Made by a program: the position numbers and the translations under genes | Shown here: piece after piece, positions 37,479 through 46,222 of the stretch | Numbering within the stretch: position 1 is the stretch's first letter | Layout: every line of letters starts with the position of its first letter | Assembly (NCBI GenBank): GCA_946626755.1 | Contig: CAMOUW010000002.1 | Location: 3,617-67,616, forward strand | From: an uncultured Clostridia bacterium | Lineage (GTDB): Bacteria; Bacillota; Clostridia; Lachnospirales; Lachnospiraceae | Reading direction: 5' to 3' | DNA: 64,000 nt | The notes under the pieces: generated by a model | Seen by the model: only the letters and a program-made list of their open reading frames with translations | Databases searched by the model: none | Told to the model about the DNA's origin: nothing

Positions 37479-38351
37479 ATGATATGCAGGATATATAAAA
37501 AACAAATATATATTAAATTCTTATATGCTTTTGTTATCGGATTATTTATCATAATGTTTAATGCAACTATGACCATGGCGTCACAGGTAAAAATTCCAGT
37601 ACGGGTAAATGTGCCTGAATTCGCAACAGAAGGGGCAGTACAGCTGGTGCTTATACCAAAGAGTGAGGACTGCCCCTTGCCGTCAGGTAGTAAAGGGGGT
37701 GAGTGCAGAGTTGTGGCAGATGGTACATTTACAGGGTTTGAAATGGAGTTTTACGGTGCCGGTGATTACAGGTATGAGCTGGTTGCTGAGGCAGTTGAAG
37801 GGTTTGAGTGTCCGGTGTCACAGTATGATCTTCTTGTGCGTGTGAGGCCGGACGATACCTTTCAGGTGGCGGTCTATAACAGATCAGGTGAGAAGTGTGA
37901 GGCAGAATATACATTTACCGGTTCGCAAACAAATGTTAAGGATTTTACGGATGTTGAACCTGAGACCGGGGAAGAGAAGAAGACGGCAGATGATGTGAGA
38001 GAAAATGTTAAGAGTGATGTAACGATTGAAAAAGGTGCACAAGAAGAAAGTCCGGCAGAACAAACAATAACAGGGGACGAAACGGAACCTGCGAAACTGA
38101 AACAGACAGAAGGACAGGCAAATGTGCCGGAAATGAAAATGACAGCGGCGTCATCAGGAACGGCAGAGGGCGTTAAAGCAAAAACGGTCTCAATGGTCGC
38201 ATCGAATACCGTAAATATGCAAAAAACAGGCAGCCGTACATCCCCCGACACAGGTGATAAGGCGGATATTTACCTTCTGCAGATCGCTGCCGTATCTGCC
38301 GGAGTCCTGGTCTTTGCAGTGATGATGTATCTCAGAGGCAAAAAGGAATGA
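37479..38351 (+). CDS. Small pilin-like sortase substrate (base/minor pilin candidate) with SPDTG sorting signal
   Basis: Signal peptide and a single pilin-like Ig domain (GAGDYRYELVAEAVEG...YDLLVRV). An acidic linker is followed by SPDTG, a TM helix and RGKKE. Confidence 0.7.
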   Translation: MICRIYKKQIYIKFLYAFVIGLFIIMFNATMTMASQVKIPVRVNVPEFATEGAVQLVLIPKSEDCPLPSGSKGGECRVVADGTFTGFEMEFYGAGDYRYELVAEAVEGFECPVSQYDLLVRVRPDDTFQVAVYNRSGEKCEAEYTFTGSQTNVKDFTDVEPETGEEKKTADDVRENVKSDVTIEKGAQEESPAEQTITGDETEPAKLKQTEGQANVPEMKMTAASSGTAEGVKAKTVSMVASNTVNMQKTGSRTSPDTGDKADIYLLQIAAVSAGVLVFAVMMYLRGKKE

Positions 38352-38354
38352 TTT

Positions 38355-39212
38355 ATGAACAAAGCGGCACGAAGGATTCTTTACATTTTTGACGAAGTTA
38401 TAAATTTTATAGTTCTTGCTATCTTTGTAGTGCTTACTTTATTTTGCATTTACATTTACACAGACAGCGGGCGGCTGGAAGCGGAAGCGGACACTGCCCG
38501 CTTTGTCCAGTTTAAGCCGGTGGAAAAGGAGCATCTGACATTTACACAGTTATGTGAGAGGAATCCGGATGTGTTCGGCTGGATAAGCATAGATGATACG
38601 GGGGTGGACTATCCGCTGGTTCAGGGCAGGAATAATTCGGAATATGTAAATATGACGCCGGAGCGGACATTTTCCCTGACCGGCAGTATCTTTCTTGATT
38701 ATCGTAATAACAGGAGTCTGACGGATAAGGTATCCGTAATATACGGGCATCATATGGAAAAGGACAGGCTGTTCGGAGGCTTCGATAAGTTTGAGGATAA
38801 GACTTACTTTGTGGAGCATGAAACAGGCAGCATTGTTTTTGATGATATGATTTACGGTATCAGGATTTTTGCGTTCCTTAAGGCGGACGGTTATGATACA
38901 AGCGTATATAATCCCAGGGTTACTGAGGCAGAGTTTCCGGCGTGGAAGGAACATATCATGAGTCTTGCGCTGCAAAAGGGCGAGGTGCCGGGTGACGGTG
39001 CAAGAGTGCTTTTACTTAGTACCTGCGCAAGCATGGATACTAATCAGAGGCTGATACTTGCTGCGGAGCTTGGGGAAGGGGTACCGCTTCCGGATGAAGT
39101 ACCGGAAGGAGTTGCGATCACATGGGCGTGGCCGGTGGCGGTTGCTGTGGCAGCAGGGTGTGCTGTTGTCCTTTTGGTGATTACTATACGTAAAAAACAT
39201 AAGAGAAGATAA
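38355..39212 (+). CDS. srtB: Class B sortase (pilus-associated) with extra C-terminal TM anchor
   Basis: N-terminal TM helix, NPDVFGWISIDDTGVDYPLVQG, GSIFLDYRNN, VIYGHHM and active-site LLLSTC. C-terminal hydrophobic helix followed by RKKHKRR. Confidence 0.85.
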   Translation: MNKAARRILYIFDEVINFIVLAIFVVLTLFCIYIYTDSGRLEAEADTARFVQFKPVEKEHLTFTQLCERNPDVFGWISIDDTGVDYPLVQGRNNSEYVNMTPERTFSLTGSIFLDYRNNRSLTDKVSVIYGHHMEKDRLFGGFDKFEDKTYFVEHETGSIVFDDMIYGIRIFAFLKADGYDTSVYNPRVTEAEFPAWKEHIMSLALQKGEVPGDGARVLLLSTCASMDTNQRLILAAELGEGVPLPDEVPEGVAITWAWPVAVAVAAGCAVVLLVITIRKKHKRR

Positions 39213-39234
39213 AGAATTTACGAACAGGAGTAAT

Positions 39235-39792
39235 ATGAATATCAGAGAGTCATACAGTGCAGATATGATTGAAGAAAAAGAAAATGAGAAAAAAAAGGCC
39301 GCCACATTTACAGGTTCTCTTATCTCATTATTGGTGAAGATTGGGATAATAACCGGTGTTGTAGTTTTTATAGCTTTTTTTGTGTTGAATCTTCACACGG
39401 CTTCGGGTTTAGCCATGAGCCCGTCTGTTAAAGACAGGGATCTGGTCATCACATATCGTTTTGATAAAGATTATGCGGCAAGGGATGTAATCGTACTTGA
39501 TGTTATGGGGGAAAGGCAGGTTCGAAGAGTGGTGGCGGTAAGCGGCGATACGGTGGACGTTACATCTGAGGGTCTGCGTGTAAACGGATACCTGCAGCAG
39601 GAGCAGTATGCGCAGGGGGAGACTCTTGCTTTTGAAAGTGATGTGGAGTATCCGGTTACTTTACAGCCCGGAGAGATTTTTGTACTTGGAGACAACAGGG
39701 AAAAATCCACGGACAGCCGGGTATACGGCCCGGTGAAGGCAAGAGACACGGTAGGGAGTGTAATTGCCGTATTCAGATACCGTGATTTTTGA
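39235..39792 (+). CDS. Signal peptidase I homologue lacking the Ser/Lys catalytic dyad (SipA/LepA-like pilus assembly factor candidate)
   Basis: S26 fold motifs are retained (GDNREKSTDSRVYGPV). The SM-x-PT box reads GLAMSPSV (Ser to Ala). The KR-x-x-G-x-PGD box reads VRRVVAVSGDTV (Lys to Arg). Confidence 0.8.
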   Translation: MNIRESYSADMIEEKENEKKKAATFTGSLISLLVKIGIITGVVVFIAFFVLNLHTASGLAMSPSVKDRDLVITYRFDKDYAARDVIVLDVMGERQVRRVVAVSGDTVDVTSEGLRVNGYLQQEQYAQGETLAFESDVEYPVTLQPGEIFVLGDNREKSTDSRVYGPVKARDTVGSVIAVFRYRDF

Positions 39793-39821
39793 CTGCACGA
39801 TGAAAAAAGCTAAACGACAGC

Positions 39822-40922
39822 TTATTTTCTTACCACAGTTGTGCTGAAAGTGTCTGATGTGAAACTTTCACTGATCCCTTCCGTAACATACAGCATATCT
39901 GTATCATCCATAAGAATGGTCTCAAAATCGTTGCTATGGGATTTCCAGAAATCCAGTGCCTTGTCTCTTCCCATGACGTAAAGAGCAGTGGAGAGGGCAT
40001 CTGCCATTATCGCATCCTTACTGATCACGGTGACGGAGATAAGCCCCTTGTCAGCAGGATATCCGGTGGCAGGATCCATGATGTGATGATAGTACCTGCC
40101 GTCCTGTTTAAAGTTACGTTCATAGCCGCCGGAGGTGATCACGGCTACATCTGATGCGGTAAGTATGCCGATAAAATCCGTATTCTCATAAGGGCTGCTT
40201 ATCCCCACACGCCAGAGACTGCCGTCCGGTTTTGTGCCTAAAAGTTGTACGTTTCCGCCCAGATTTACCATACCGCTTGCAATGCCTTTATCCTTGAAAA
40301 GCTTTATAAGGGCATCTGAAGTATAGCCCTTTGCTATTCCGCCCAGATCTATTTCCATAGCTTTATTTTCAAATTCTATTTCATTCGTTTTTTTGTCAAA
40401 ACTTATTTCTGACAGATCGGTATTTTCCAAAATGTCATTTATTGTATCGGCAGAGGGGACTTTATAATTCTGAGAAATAAAGCCCCACTCTTTAAGAAGG
40501 GGATAAAGGCTTATATTAAAAGCTCCGTCGGTAAGCTGCCATGCTTCCATAGCTTGTTCCAAAAGGTGTGCGGTATCATCGTCAAGAACGGCGGTCTTCT
40601 CTTTGTTTAACTTTGATACAGCGCTGGTTTCTATTTCGGTGGACAGTCTGTTTTCTATGTCATTTACAAGAGATTCGCCTTCCTGTACGACAGCAGCCGC
40701 ATTCTCACCGTATGCAGTAAGAGTCATAAAGGTATCCATGGCAAAAAAAGCTGCCTCTGCAGGTATGGCGGAGACAGTGTTTTTTTCGTTAAGTACTGCA
40801 GTGCTTCCGGCTGCGACAGTTTCCGGAACATCCGGATTATTCTTGGCCGTACAGCCTGTGATGATCATACAACCTGTAAAAACAGGCAATGTAAATGTAA
40901 TAAAAAATCGTTTTGTATTCAT
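39822..40922 (-). CDS. apbE: FAD:protein FMN transferase (ApbE family) lipoprotein
   Basis: Lipobox (VFTGC/ITGC) followed by the ApbE motifs AMDTFMTLTAYG, IDLGGIAKGY, VNLGGNVQLLG, WRVGISSP, AVITSGGYERNF, HHIMDPATGYPA and ADALSTALYVMG. Confidence 0.9.
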   Translation of the reverse strand: MNTKRFFITFTLPVFTGCMIITGCTAKNNPDVPETVAAGSTAVLNEKNTVSAIPAEAAFFAMDTFMTLTAYGENAAAVVQEGESLVNDIENRLSTEIETSAVSKLNKEKTAVLDDDTAHLLEQAMEAWQLTDGAFNISLYPLLKEWGFISQNYKVPSADTINDILENTDLSEISFDKKTNEIEFENKAMEIDLGGIAKGYTSDALIKLFKDKGIASGMVNLGGNVQLLGTKPDGSLWRVGISSPYENTDFIGILTASDVAVITSGGYERNFKQDGRYYHHIMDPATGYPADKGLISVTVISKDAIMADALSTALYVMGRDKALDFWKSHSNDFETILMDDTDMLYVTEGISESFTSDTFSTTVVRK

Positions 40923-41092
40923 ATCTGTTCCGTTTTCCGTTTCTTTATTGTTTTCTGTAAGTATTTTAAATTAATCAAATCAATGTGTATCTTCAATGGT
41001 CTTATGTTAAGACATTTCAAAGCACCCTTCGACCACTCTTCAAGGTAGAGCTTATTAAGGGGATCTACATTGTAACTTTAATAATCTGTCTT

Positions 41093-41617
41093 TTACTGCC
41101 GGCGTTTTTTGGCGGTCGTTATCAAGAATGCATCTGACGGCAAATGCTGCATTACCGAATGTGATATAAGTCCGTTTACAAATCCGCAGACCAGACCTGA
41201 AAAGATAAGCAGCGGAAAATATCCGAAAACATTCAGATTCGACACTACAAAAGATGCAGTTATTACCTGGGCAAGATTGTGTGTTATACCCCCTGCAACG
41301 GAAACACCGATAACAGAAAACAATCCGGTTTTTTTAAGCAATGACATTACGCTCAGGCTTAAAAGGGCGCCTGTCATTGCATACATACATCCAAACATAC
41401 CGCTGAAAAGAAGACCACTGAGTAAAACACGCATAACATTTACGGCAAAGGAATATTTGGTACCTATGCAGTAGAGAGTCATGATGATAACGATATTTGC
41501 AAGTCCGAGCTTTATTCCGGGAATGCCCAGATTAAAGGGAATCAGAAATTCTATATATGAAAATATCATGGCAAGGGACGTAAGTAGTGTTGCCATAGTA
41601 AGACTCTTTGTGTTCAT
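41093..41617 (-). CDS. Gx transporter family protein (Hpre_diP_synt_I-type membrane protein)
   Basis: About 175 aa with 5 TM helices and GIPGIKLGLANIVII, typical of the family found beside ApbE and NusG-II genes. The ATG at 41617 avoids overlap with the upstream gene. Confidence 0.7.
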   Translation of the reverse strand: MNTKSLTMATLLTSLAMIFSYIEFLIPFNLGIPGIKLGLANIVIIMTLYCIGTKYSFAVNVMRVLLSGLLFSGMFGCMYAMTGALLSLSVMSLLKKTGLFSVIGVSVAGGITHNLAQVITASFVVSNLNVFGYFPLLIFSGLVCGFVNGLISHSVMQHLPSDAFLITTAKKRRQ

Positions 41618-41621
41618 TTTT

Positions 41622-41999
41622 TTAACGCGCCACTGCGTCGACCTCCTTCTCATTACCGGTTATCTCAAGCACGACTTTATGGGGCAGGCATACAATGGTC
41701 TCACCATGCTTACCTATGCTGTGTTCATGCACACAGTCAAAGCCGGGACAGTTTGCATTTACCATATCGACCCTTCCGTTCTTTATTTCAAAAGTGTTTA
41801 GATCTTCACCGTTGCTTACGGTCACAGTGGAATCAATGGATGTGTTGTAGGTTCCGTAAAGTTTTCCGTCCACCGTCACTCTGAGAGTCTGTCCTTCAGA
41901 CTTACCCAAAATAAGAACTGCCGACAACCAGATTCCTGCGACCACTATAGCCGCTATAAGTATGATATCTGCCCTTTTTATTATTTTAAACCCACTCAT
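41622..41999 (-). CDS. NusG domain II-containing membrane-anchored protein
   Basis: N-terminal TM helix, then TVDGKLYGTY...NGRVDMVNANCPGFDCVHEHSIGKHGETIVCLPHKVVLEI, which fits the NusG_II/DUF1312 pattern with its Cys pair. Confidence 0.7.
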   Translation of the reverse strand: MSGFKIIKRADIILIAAIVVAGIWLSAVLILGKSEGQTLRVTVDGKLYGTYNTSIDSTVTVSNGEDLNTFEIKNGRVDMVNANCPGFDCVHEHSIGKHGETIVCLPHKVVLEITGNEKEVDAVAR

Positions 42000-42078
42000 A
42001 TCTCTTATGTAAATACGCCGTGTGGCAAAACTGAATTCTGAATTTTATATCAAACAGATTACAGGAATGATCCGCAAT

Positions 42079-42120
42079 TGTTAGAGCGTGCTAACTTGAT
42101 ATAGTTTACCAATGCTAACT
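42079..42120. promoter_or_regulatory. Two copies of the AGTTAG-N6-CTAACT dyad upstream of the NusG-II/Gx/ApbE operon
   Basis: tgttagagcgtgctaact (42079-42096) and agtttaccaatgctaact (42103-42120). Confidence 0.55.
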
Positions 42121-42516
42121 GAAGGTGTCAAGGTGTAAACATGAGGAAAAGTCAACAAAAAAATTGACAATTGCAGATATGAGTTCTGTTTATTATGAAT
42201 GCAAAGAAACCTAAGAAGCAAATAATGTAAAAAGCATTGCTTTGCTTGTTGGTGAGTCATTTAATATACCTGTTCCGTCTTACGAAAGAGTAGAGAATAT
42301 ACTGGATTTTATTATTTGTATGCAGATATTTACACGTAAACCGCAAATTTTATATTTGTCATGGATGAATACACATATCTGCGTAAAACAGCTGAGGGAC
42401 TGGATAACATTTATTATGATGACCATTTACTTTGATTACGGAATCTGCAGGGGGTGTTAAATGTTTGCCTGAAAATACGGTTTCATTTTAAGAATCAGAT
42501 ACTGATAAAGTACATA

Positions 42517-43857
42517 TCAGTATCTGTATTTTTTACGGAATATAATAAGACAAATGATACTGAGTACAAGGGCGGCTGCCTCCGCCACTATCACCGATCC
42601 CCAGATACCGTTCACGCCTAAAAAGCCGGGAAGGATAAGGATGCTTAGCACTTCAAAAACAAGAGTCCTAGCAAATGAGATAAGAGCGGATACGGGACCG
42701 TTGTTTAAGGCGGTAAAAAATGAGGAGGCAAACATATTAAAGCCCATGAAAAGAAAGGCTACGGAGTATATCCTGAAGGCGTTGACCGTTAAGTTCATAA
42801 GCTCCGCGTCATATCCCACAAATATAGAAGATATAAAACCTGAGCCCAGCTCGGAGGCTATCGTGACGATCACGGAAAAAATGCCTGTGAGTATGAGGCT
42901 CTTTTTAAACAGACCTTTAAGCTCGGCAGTATTTTCGGAGCCGTAATTATAAGAAATGACAGGAGCCGCCCCCAGAGAATAGCCCATAAAAAGACCGGCT
43001 GCAACGGTGAAATAATACATGATGACGCCGTATGCCGCAACTCCGGGCTCGCCTATGTATTTTAACAGCTGCATATTGTAGAGCATATCCACAACTGATG
43101 CAGCAATATATGTCATCAGCTCAGAGGAGCCGTTCAGACAGGATCTGAGGATAGCCTTCCCGTTAAACCGGGTCTTTCCGATACGAAGGAGGCTCTTGTT
43201 CTTAGTAATAAAGTAAATAAGTGGTAAAACACCACCCAGAAACTCACTTATGACCGTGGCGGTAGCTGCTCCGCTTACCCCAAAGGAAAGCTGTCCCACC
43301 AGAAGCCAGTCCAGGAAAATATTGGCAACGCCGGAAAAGACTGTTATCACAAGACCCAGATGAGGTTTTTCCGCAGTGACCAGAAAACTCTGGAAAACAT
43401 TCTGGAGCATAAAGGGGATAAGTGAGATAAGGCTTATGCGGGCATATTGTACGCATATGGGCAGCATATCTGGAGTTGCCCCCAGAGCAGATGCGATATC
43501 CGCGATAAAGATGTACCCTACGATATCCAGGACCGCCCCGCAGGCTATGACAAAATATATGAGCAGAGAAAAGATCTCATTTGCCTTTTTACTCTTGCCC
43601 TGTCCCAGAGTCATGGATACCAGGGCGCTGCCGCCGGTGCCTATCATAAAGCCCATGGACGAAAGGATCATAAGGACCGGCATGATGAGATTGACTGCTG
43701 CAAATGCAGTGGCGCCTACATAGTTGGACACGAAAAAACCGTCTATGATGATGTAAATAGATGAAAAGATCATCATAGCTATGGAAGGAAGTGTAAAGCG
43801 CAGCAGGCGCCGGAATGTAAAATGATCGGAAAGCTGTATCTTCATAAAAAACCTCAA
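42517..43857 (-). CDS. MATE family efflux transporter (intact)
   Basis: 446 aa with 12 TM helices and MATE N-terminal motifs. Its 3' part is the source or paralogue of the fragment at 32030-32169. Confidence 0.88.
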   Translation of the reverse strand: MRFFMKIQLSDHFTFRRLLRFTLPSIAMMIFSSIYIIIDGFFVSNYVGATAFAAVNLIMPVLMILSSMGFMIGTGGSALVSMTLGQGKSKKANEIFSLLIYFVIACGAVLDIVGYIFIADIASALGATPDMLPICVQYARISLISLIPFMLQNVFQSFLVTAEKPHLGLVITVFSGVANIFLDWLLVGQLSFGVSGAATATVISEFLGGVLPLIYFITKNKSLLRIGKTRFNGKAILRSCLNGSSELMTYIAASVVDMLYNMQLLKYIGEPGVAAYGVIMYYFTVAAGLFMGYSLGAAPVISYNYGSENTAELKGLFKKSLILTGIFSVIVTIASELGSGFISSIFVGYDAELMNLTVNAFRIYSVAFLFMGFNMFASSFFTALNNGPVSALISFARTLVFEVLSILILPGFLGVNGIWGSVIVAEAAALVLSIICLIIFRKKYRY

Positions 43858-44040
43858 AGATAATGCAAAACGTGTTATATAGAAGATTATAAGAGGTTAT
43901 AAGAATTTTTTCAAATGTGCGGGGTGCAGTTAAAAACTCCATCGATGCCGATGAACTTTTTACTTAAATCGGGTAAAAACTATTGAACAATGAAGCTTTT
44001 ATGCTTTAATCAAATAAAAACAGTGTAGAGGAAAGTTGTT

Positions 44041-44551
44041 TTGATAAAAAGACCATTATATACAGAGCTGTTGAAAAAATATAGAGACCATTTATAATTA
44101 TATAACCTGGCTGGAGCAGGCATTTATCATATACAGATGTAAAAGGTATGACATTCAAGGTAAAGAAGTGCTTAAAACCCAGGAAAAATATTACATTGCC
44201 GACCCTTCATTAAAATATTCGAGACTCGGTTTTGATCCGAAAGGAATATCTGCTATCTTAGAGAATTTAGTATATTTTGAGCTAAGAAGAAGAGGTTTTG
44301 ATGTTTACATAGGCAAATTCAAAGATATGGAGATCGATTTTGTTGGTATCAATAAAGACGAAAGGATTTATATTCAGGTATGCAGAAATATTCCTGAAGA
44401 TTCAAATCGCGAAACAGATAATCTTCTTAAGATAAACGATCAGTTTCCGAAGTATGTTGTTACTCTGGATGAATACGTCAAAGGGATTTATGAGGGGATA
44501 AGAATCGTTCATCTTGCGGATTTTTTGAGTGGTAAATACCGGGGTGAATGA
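44041..44551 (+). pseudogene. AAA-ATPase/DUF4143-family gene with large internal deletion
   Basis: 44041-44097 encodes the family N-terminus LIKRPLYTELLKKYRDHL followed by a stop. 44168-44551 encodes only the DUF4143 C-terminal part. The P-loop region is absent. Confidence 0.65.
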
Positions 44552-44677
44552 TTCCGGAAATCTTATTCGTCAAATAAACTGAAACGAGTGGGTTCCGTGG
44601 AAGAGCTTATGAAAATGTTTCAGGAATTATTGATCATAAAGTTTTTTTAATAGTTTTATAAAAAAGGAAGGTTCAAT

Positions 44678-45400
44678 ATGGAAGCACGTTTAAAACAGAA
44701 GCTCCTGCCGGTCATAATAATGCTGATCGCCGCTATATCTGCAGCATTTACCGTTGCGGCATGCCAGCCGGCAGCAAAAGATCAAAAGATTGCAGATGTC
44801 AAGGCTGATTACGTCATCACAAAGGTAAAGGGAGATATAAACTGGGAGGACATCCCTGCATTTGATATAGATCAGGTTTTATGGACAGATGATTACGGCA
44901 TAAGAGCAAAGGGACAGCTTTGTTATGACAAGGATAATCTTTATGTACACCTGTCAGCAAAGGAAAAGGATATCCGCGCTGAAAATACGGAGCCTCTTAC
45001 ACCGGTATATGAAGACAGTTGTCTTGAATTTTTCTTCATGCTGGAGGGTGAGGAGAAATACTTCAATTTTGAGACAAATCCAAACGGAGTTTTAAATAAA
45101 CAGGTGGGTATCACAAAAACCGACCGCATTTCGCTTGTGAGAGAGGATGACAAAGAATATTTTGACATCAGGACAGATAGAACTTCAGAAGGTTGGGAAG
45201 TGTATTACAAGATTCCCCTTGAGTTCATGAAGGTGTTCTACCCGGATTATGAGTATAGTGGGGTTTTACTTGCAAATGCGTACAAATGCGGCAACAAGAC
45301 GGTAAATAAGCACTACCTTTCATGGAAGCCTGTGAACAGTGAAAAGCCGAACTTTCATGTCACATCAAGTTTTGGAAGGATGAGTTTTGAGGATCAGTAA
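44678..45400 (+). CDS. Lipoprotein with carbohydrate-binding family 9-like (DOMON-like) domain
   Basis: Lipobox VAACQ, then DNLYVHLSAKE...EDSCLEFFF...YFNFETNPNG...YKCGN, resembling CBM9-like proteins. Confidence 0.55.
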   Translation: MEARLKQKLLPVIIMLIAAISAAFTVAACQPAAKDQKIADVKADYVITKVKGDINWEDIPAFDIDQVLWTDDYGIRAKGQLCYDKDNLYVHLSAKEKDIRAENTEPLTPVYEDSCLEFFFMLEGEEKYFNFETNPNGVLNKQVGITKTDRISLVREDDKEYFDIRTDRTSEGWEVYYKIPLEFMKVFYPDYEYSGVLLANAYKCGNKTVNKHYLSWKPVNSEKPNFHVTSSFGRMSFEDQ

Positions 45401-45449
45401 ATGATCATGCTGTATGACAGCAAAAAATAGATTAAAAAAGGAGACGTAC

Positions 45450-45983
45450 ATGACAGAGAAGATCAACTTAATGGAATATACCGGACACATAGCAAACATG
45501 CTTCCCAAAGGCATATTGCTAAACACCAATGCAGACAAGTTCAATTCCATGGTGATAGGCTGGGGAAACATCGGGACCACCTGGAATATGTCTACATTTG
45601 TGGCGTATGTGAGGGAGAACCGCTATACGAAAGGCTGCATCGACAAAACCGGCGAGTTTTCCGTAAGCATTCCCATTGATGCGCCGGATCCGGACATCAA
45701 CAAAATTTGCGGTTGGAAGTCCGGACGTGATATCGACAAGGTAAATGAAGCGGGACTCACGGTATGCGAGCCCGTTGCATTAAATACGCCGGGGATAAAG
45801 GAATATCCCCTCACTCTGGAATGCAGGGTGCTGCACAAATGTGAGATAGACCTGTCGCAGCTGCCGGAAGAAATAAGAGAAAAGATGTATCCGCAGGATG
45901 TGGAAGGCACATATCCCATGGCAAACAGGGATACACATACGGTGTATACGGCGCAGATCGTGGAGGCGTATATCATAAAATAA
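45450..45983 (+). CDS. Flavin reductase-like (FMN-binding split-barrel) protein
   Basis: LPKGILLNTNADKFNSMVIGWGNIGT and RYTKGCIDKTGEFSVSIP are typical of the flavin_reduct family. ATG at 45450 follows GGAGA. Confidence 0.65.
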   Translation: MTEKINLMEYTGHIANMLPKGILLNTNADKFNSMVIGWGNIGTTWNMSTFVAYVRENRYTKGCIDKTGEFSVSIPIDAPDPDINKICGWKSGRDIDKVNEAGLTVCEPVALNTPGIKEYPLTLECRVLHKCEIDLSQLPEEIREKMYPQDVEGTYPMANRDTHTVYTAQIVEAYIIK

Positions 45984-46222
45984 AATGGTATCAGGTTTTT
46001 CCCTGCAAACTATTTCTTCTTACAAAAACTGCTTGATTAATGATATATGATAATGTAAAATACCGGTCATGGGTTTATTCAAATAATCCGTGGGTGGTAT
46101 TTTTCTTTATACATACCGTATCTGACCGGGTTTTTCTATTCATTTTATAAGAAAACAAGTTGTGTTAAAATGAGAGCGATACAAGTCGCTCTTATTTTTT
46201 CGTATTCCGACAGGAGGTTCCT

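Noticed and set aside
36660-37505. 281-aa minus-strand ORF
   Set aside because: It is antisense to the VWA/pilin adhesin gene. The composition is Cys/Ile-rich and nonsensical.
42242-42460. 72-aa ORF between the ApbE operon promoter region and the MATE gene
   Set aside because: It is preceded by a TTGACA-17-TATTAT promoter-like sequence (42164-42196), but it has no RBS, no recognisable family, and an odd composition. It is left unannotated.
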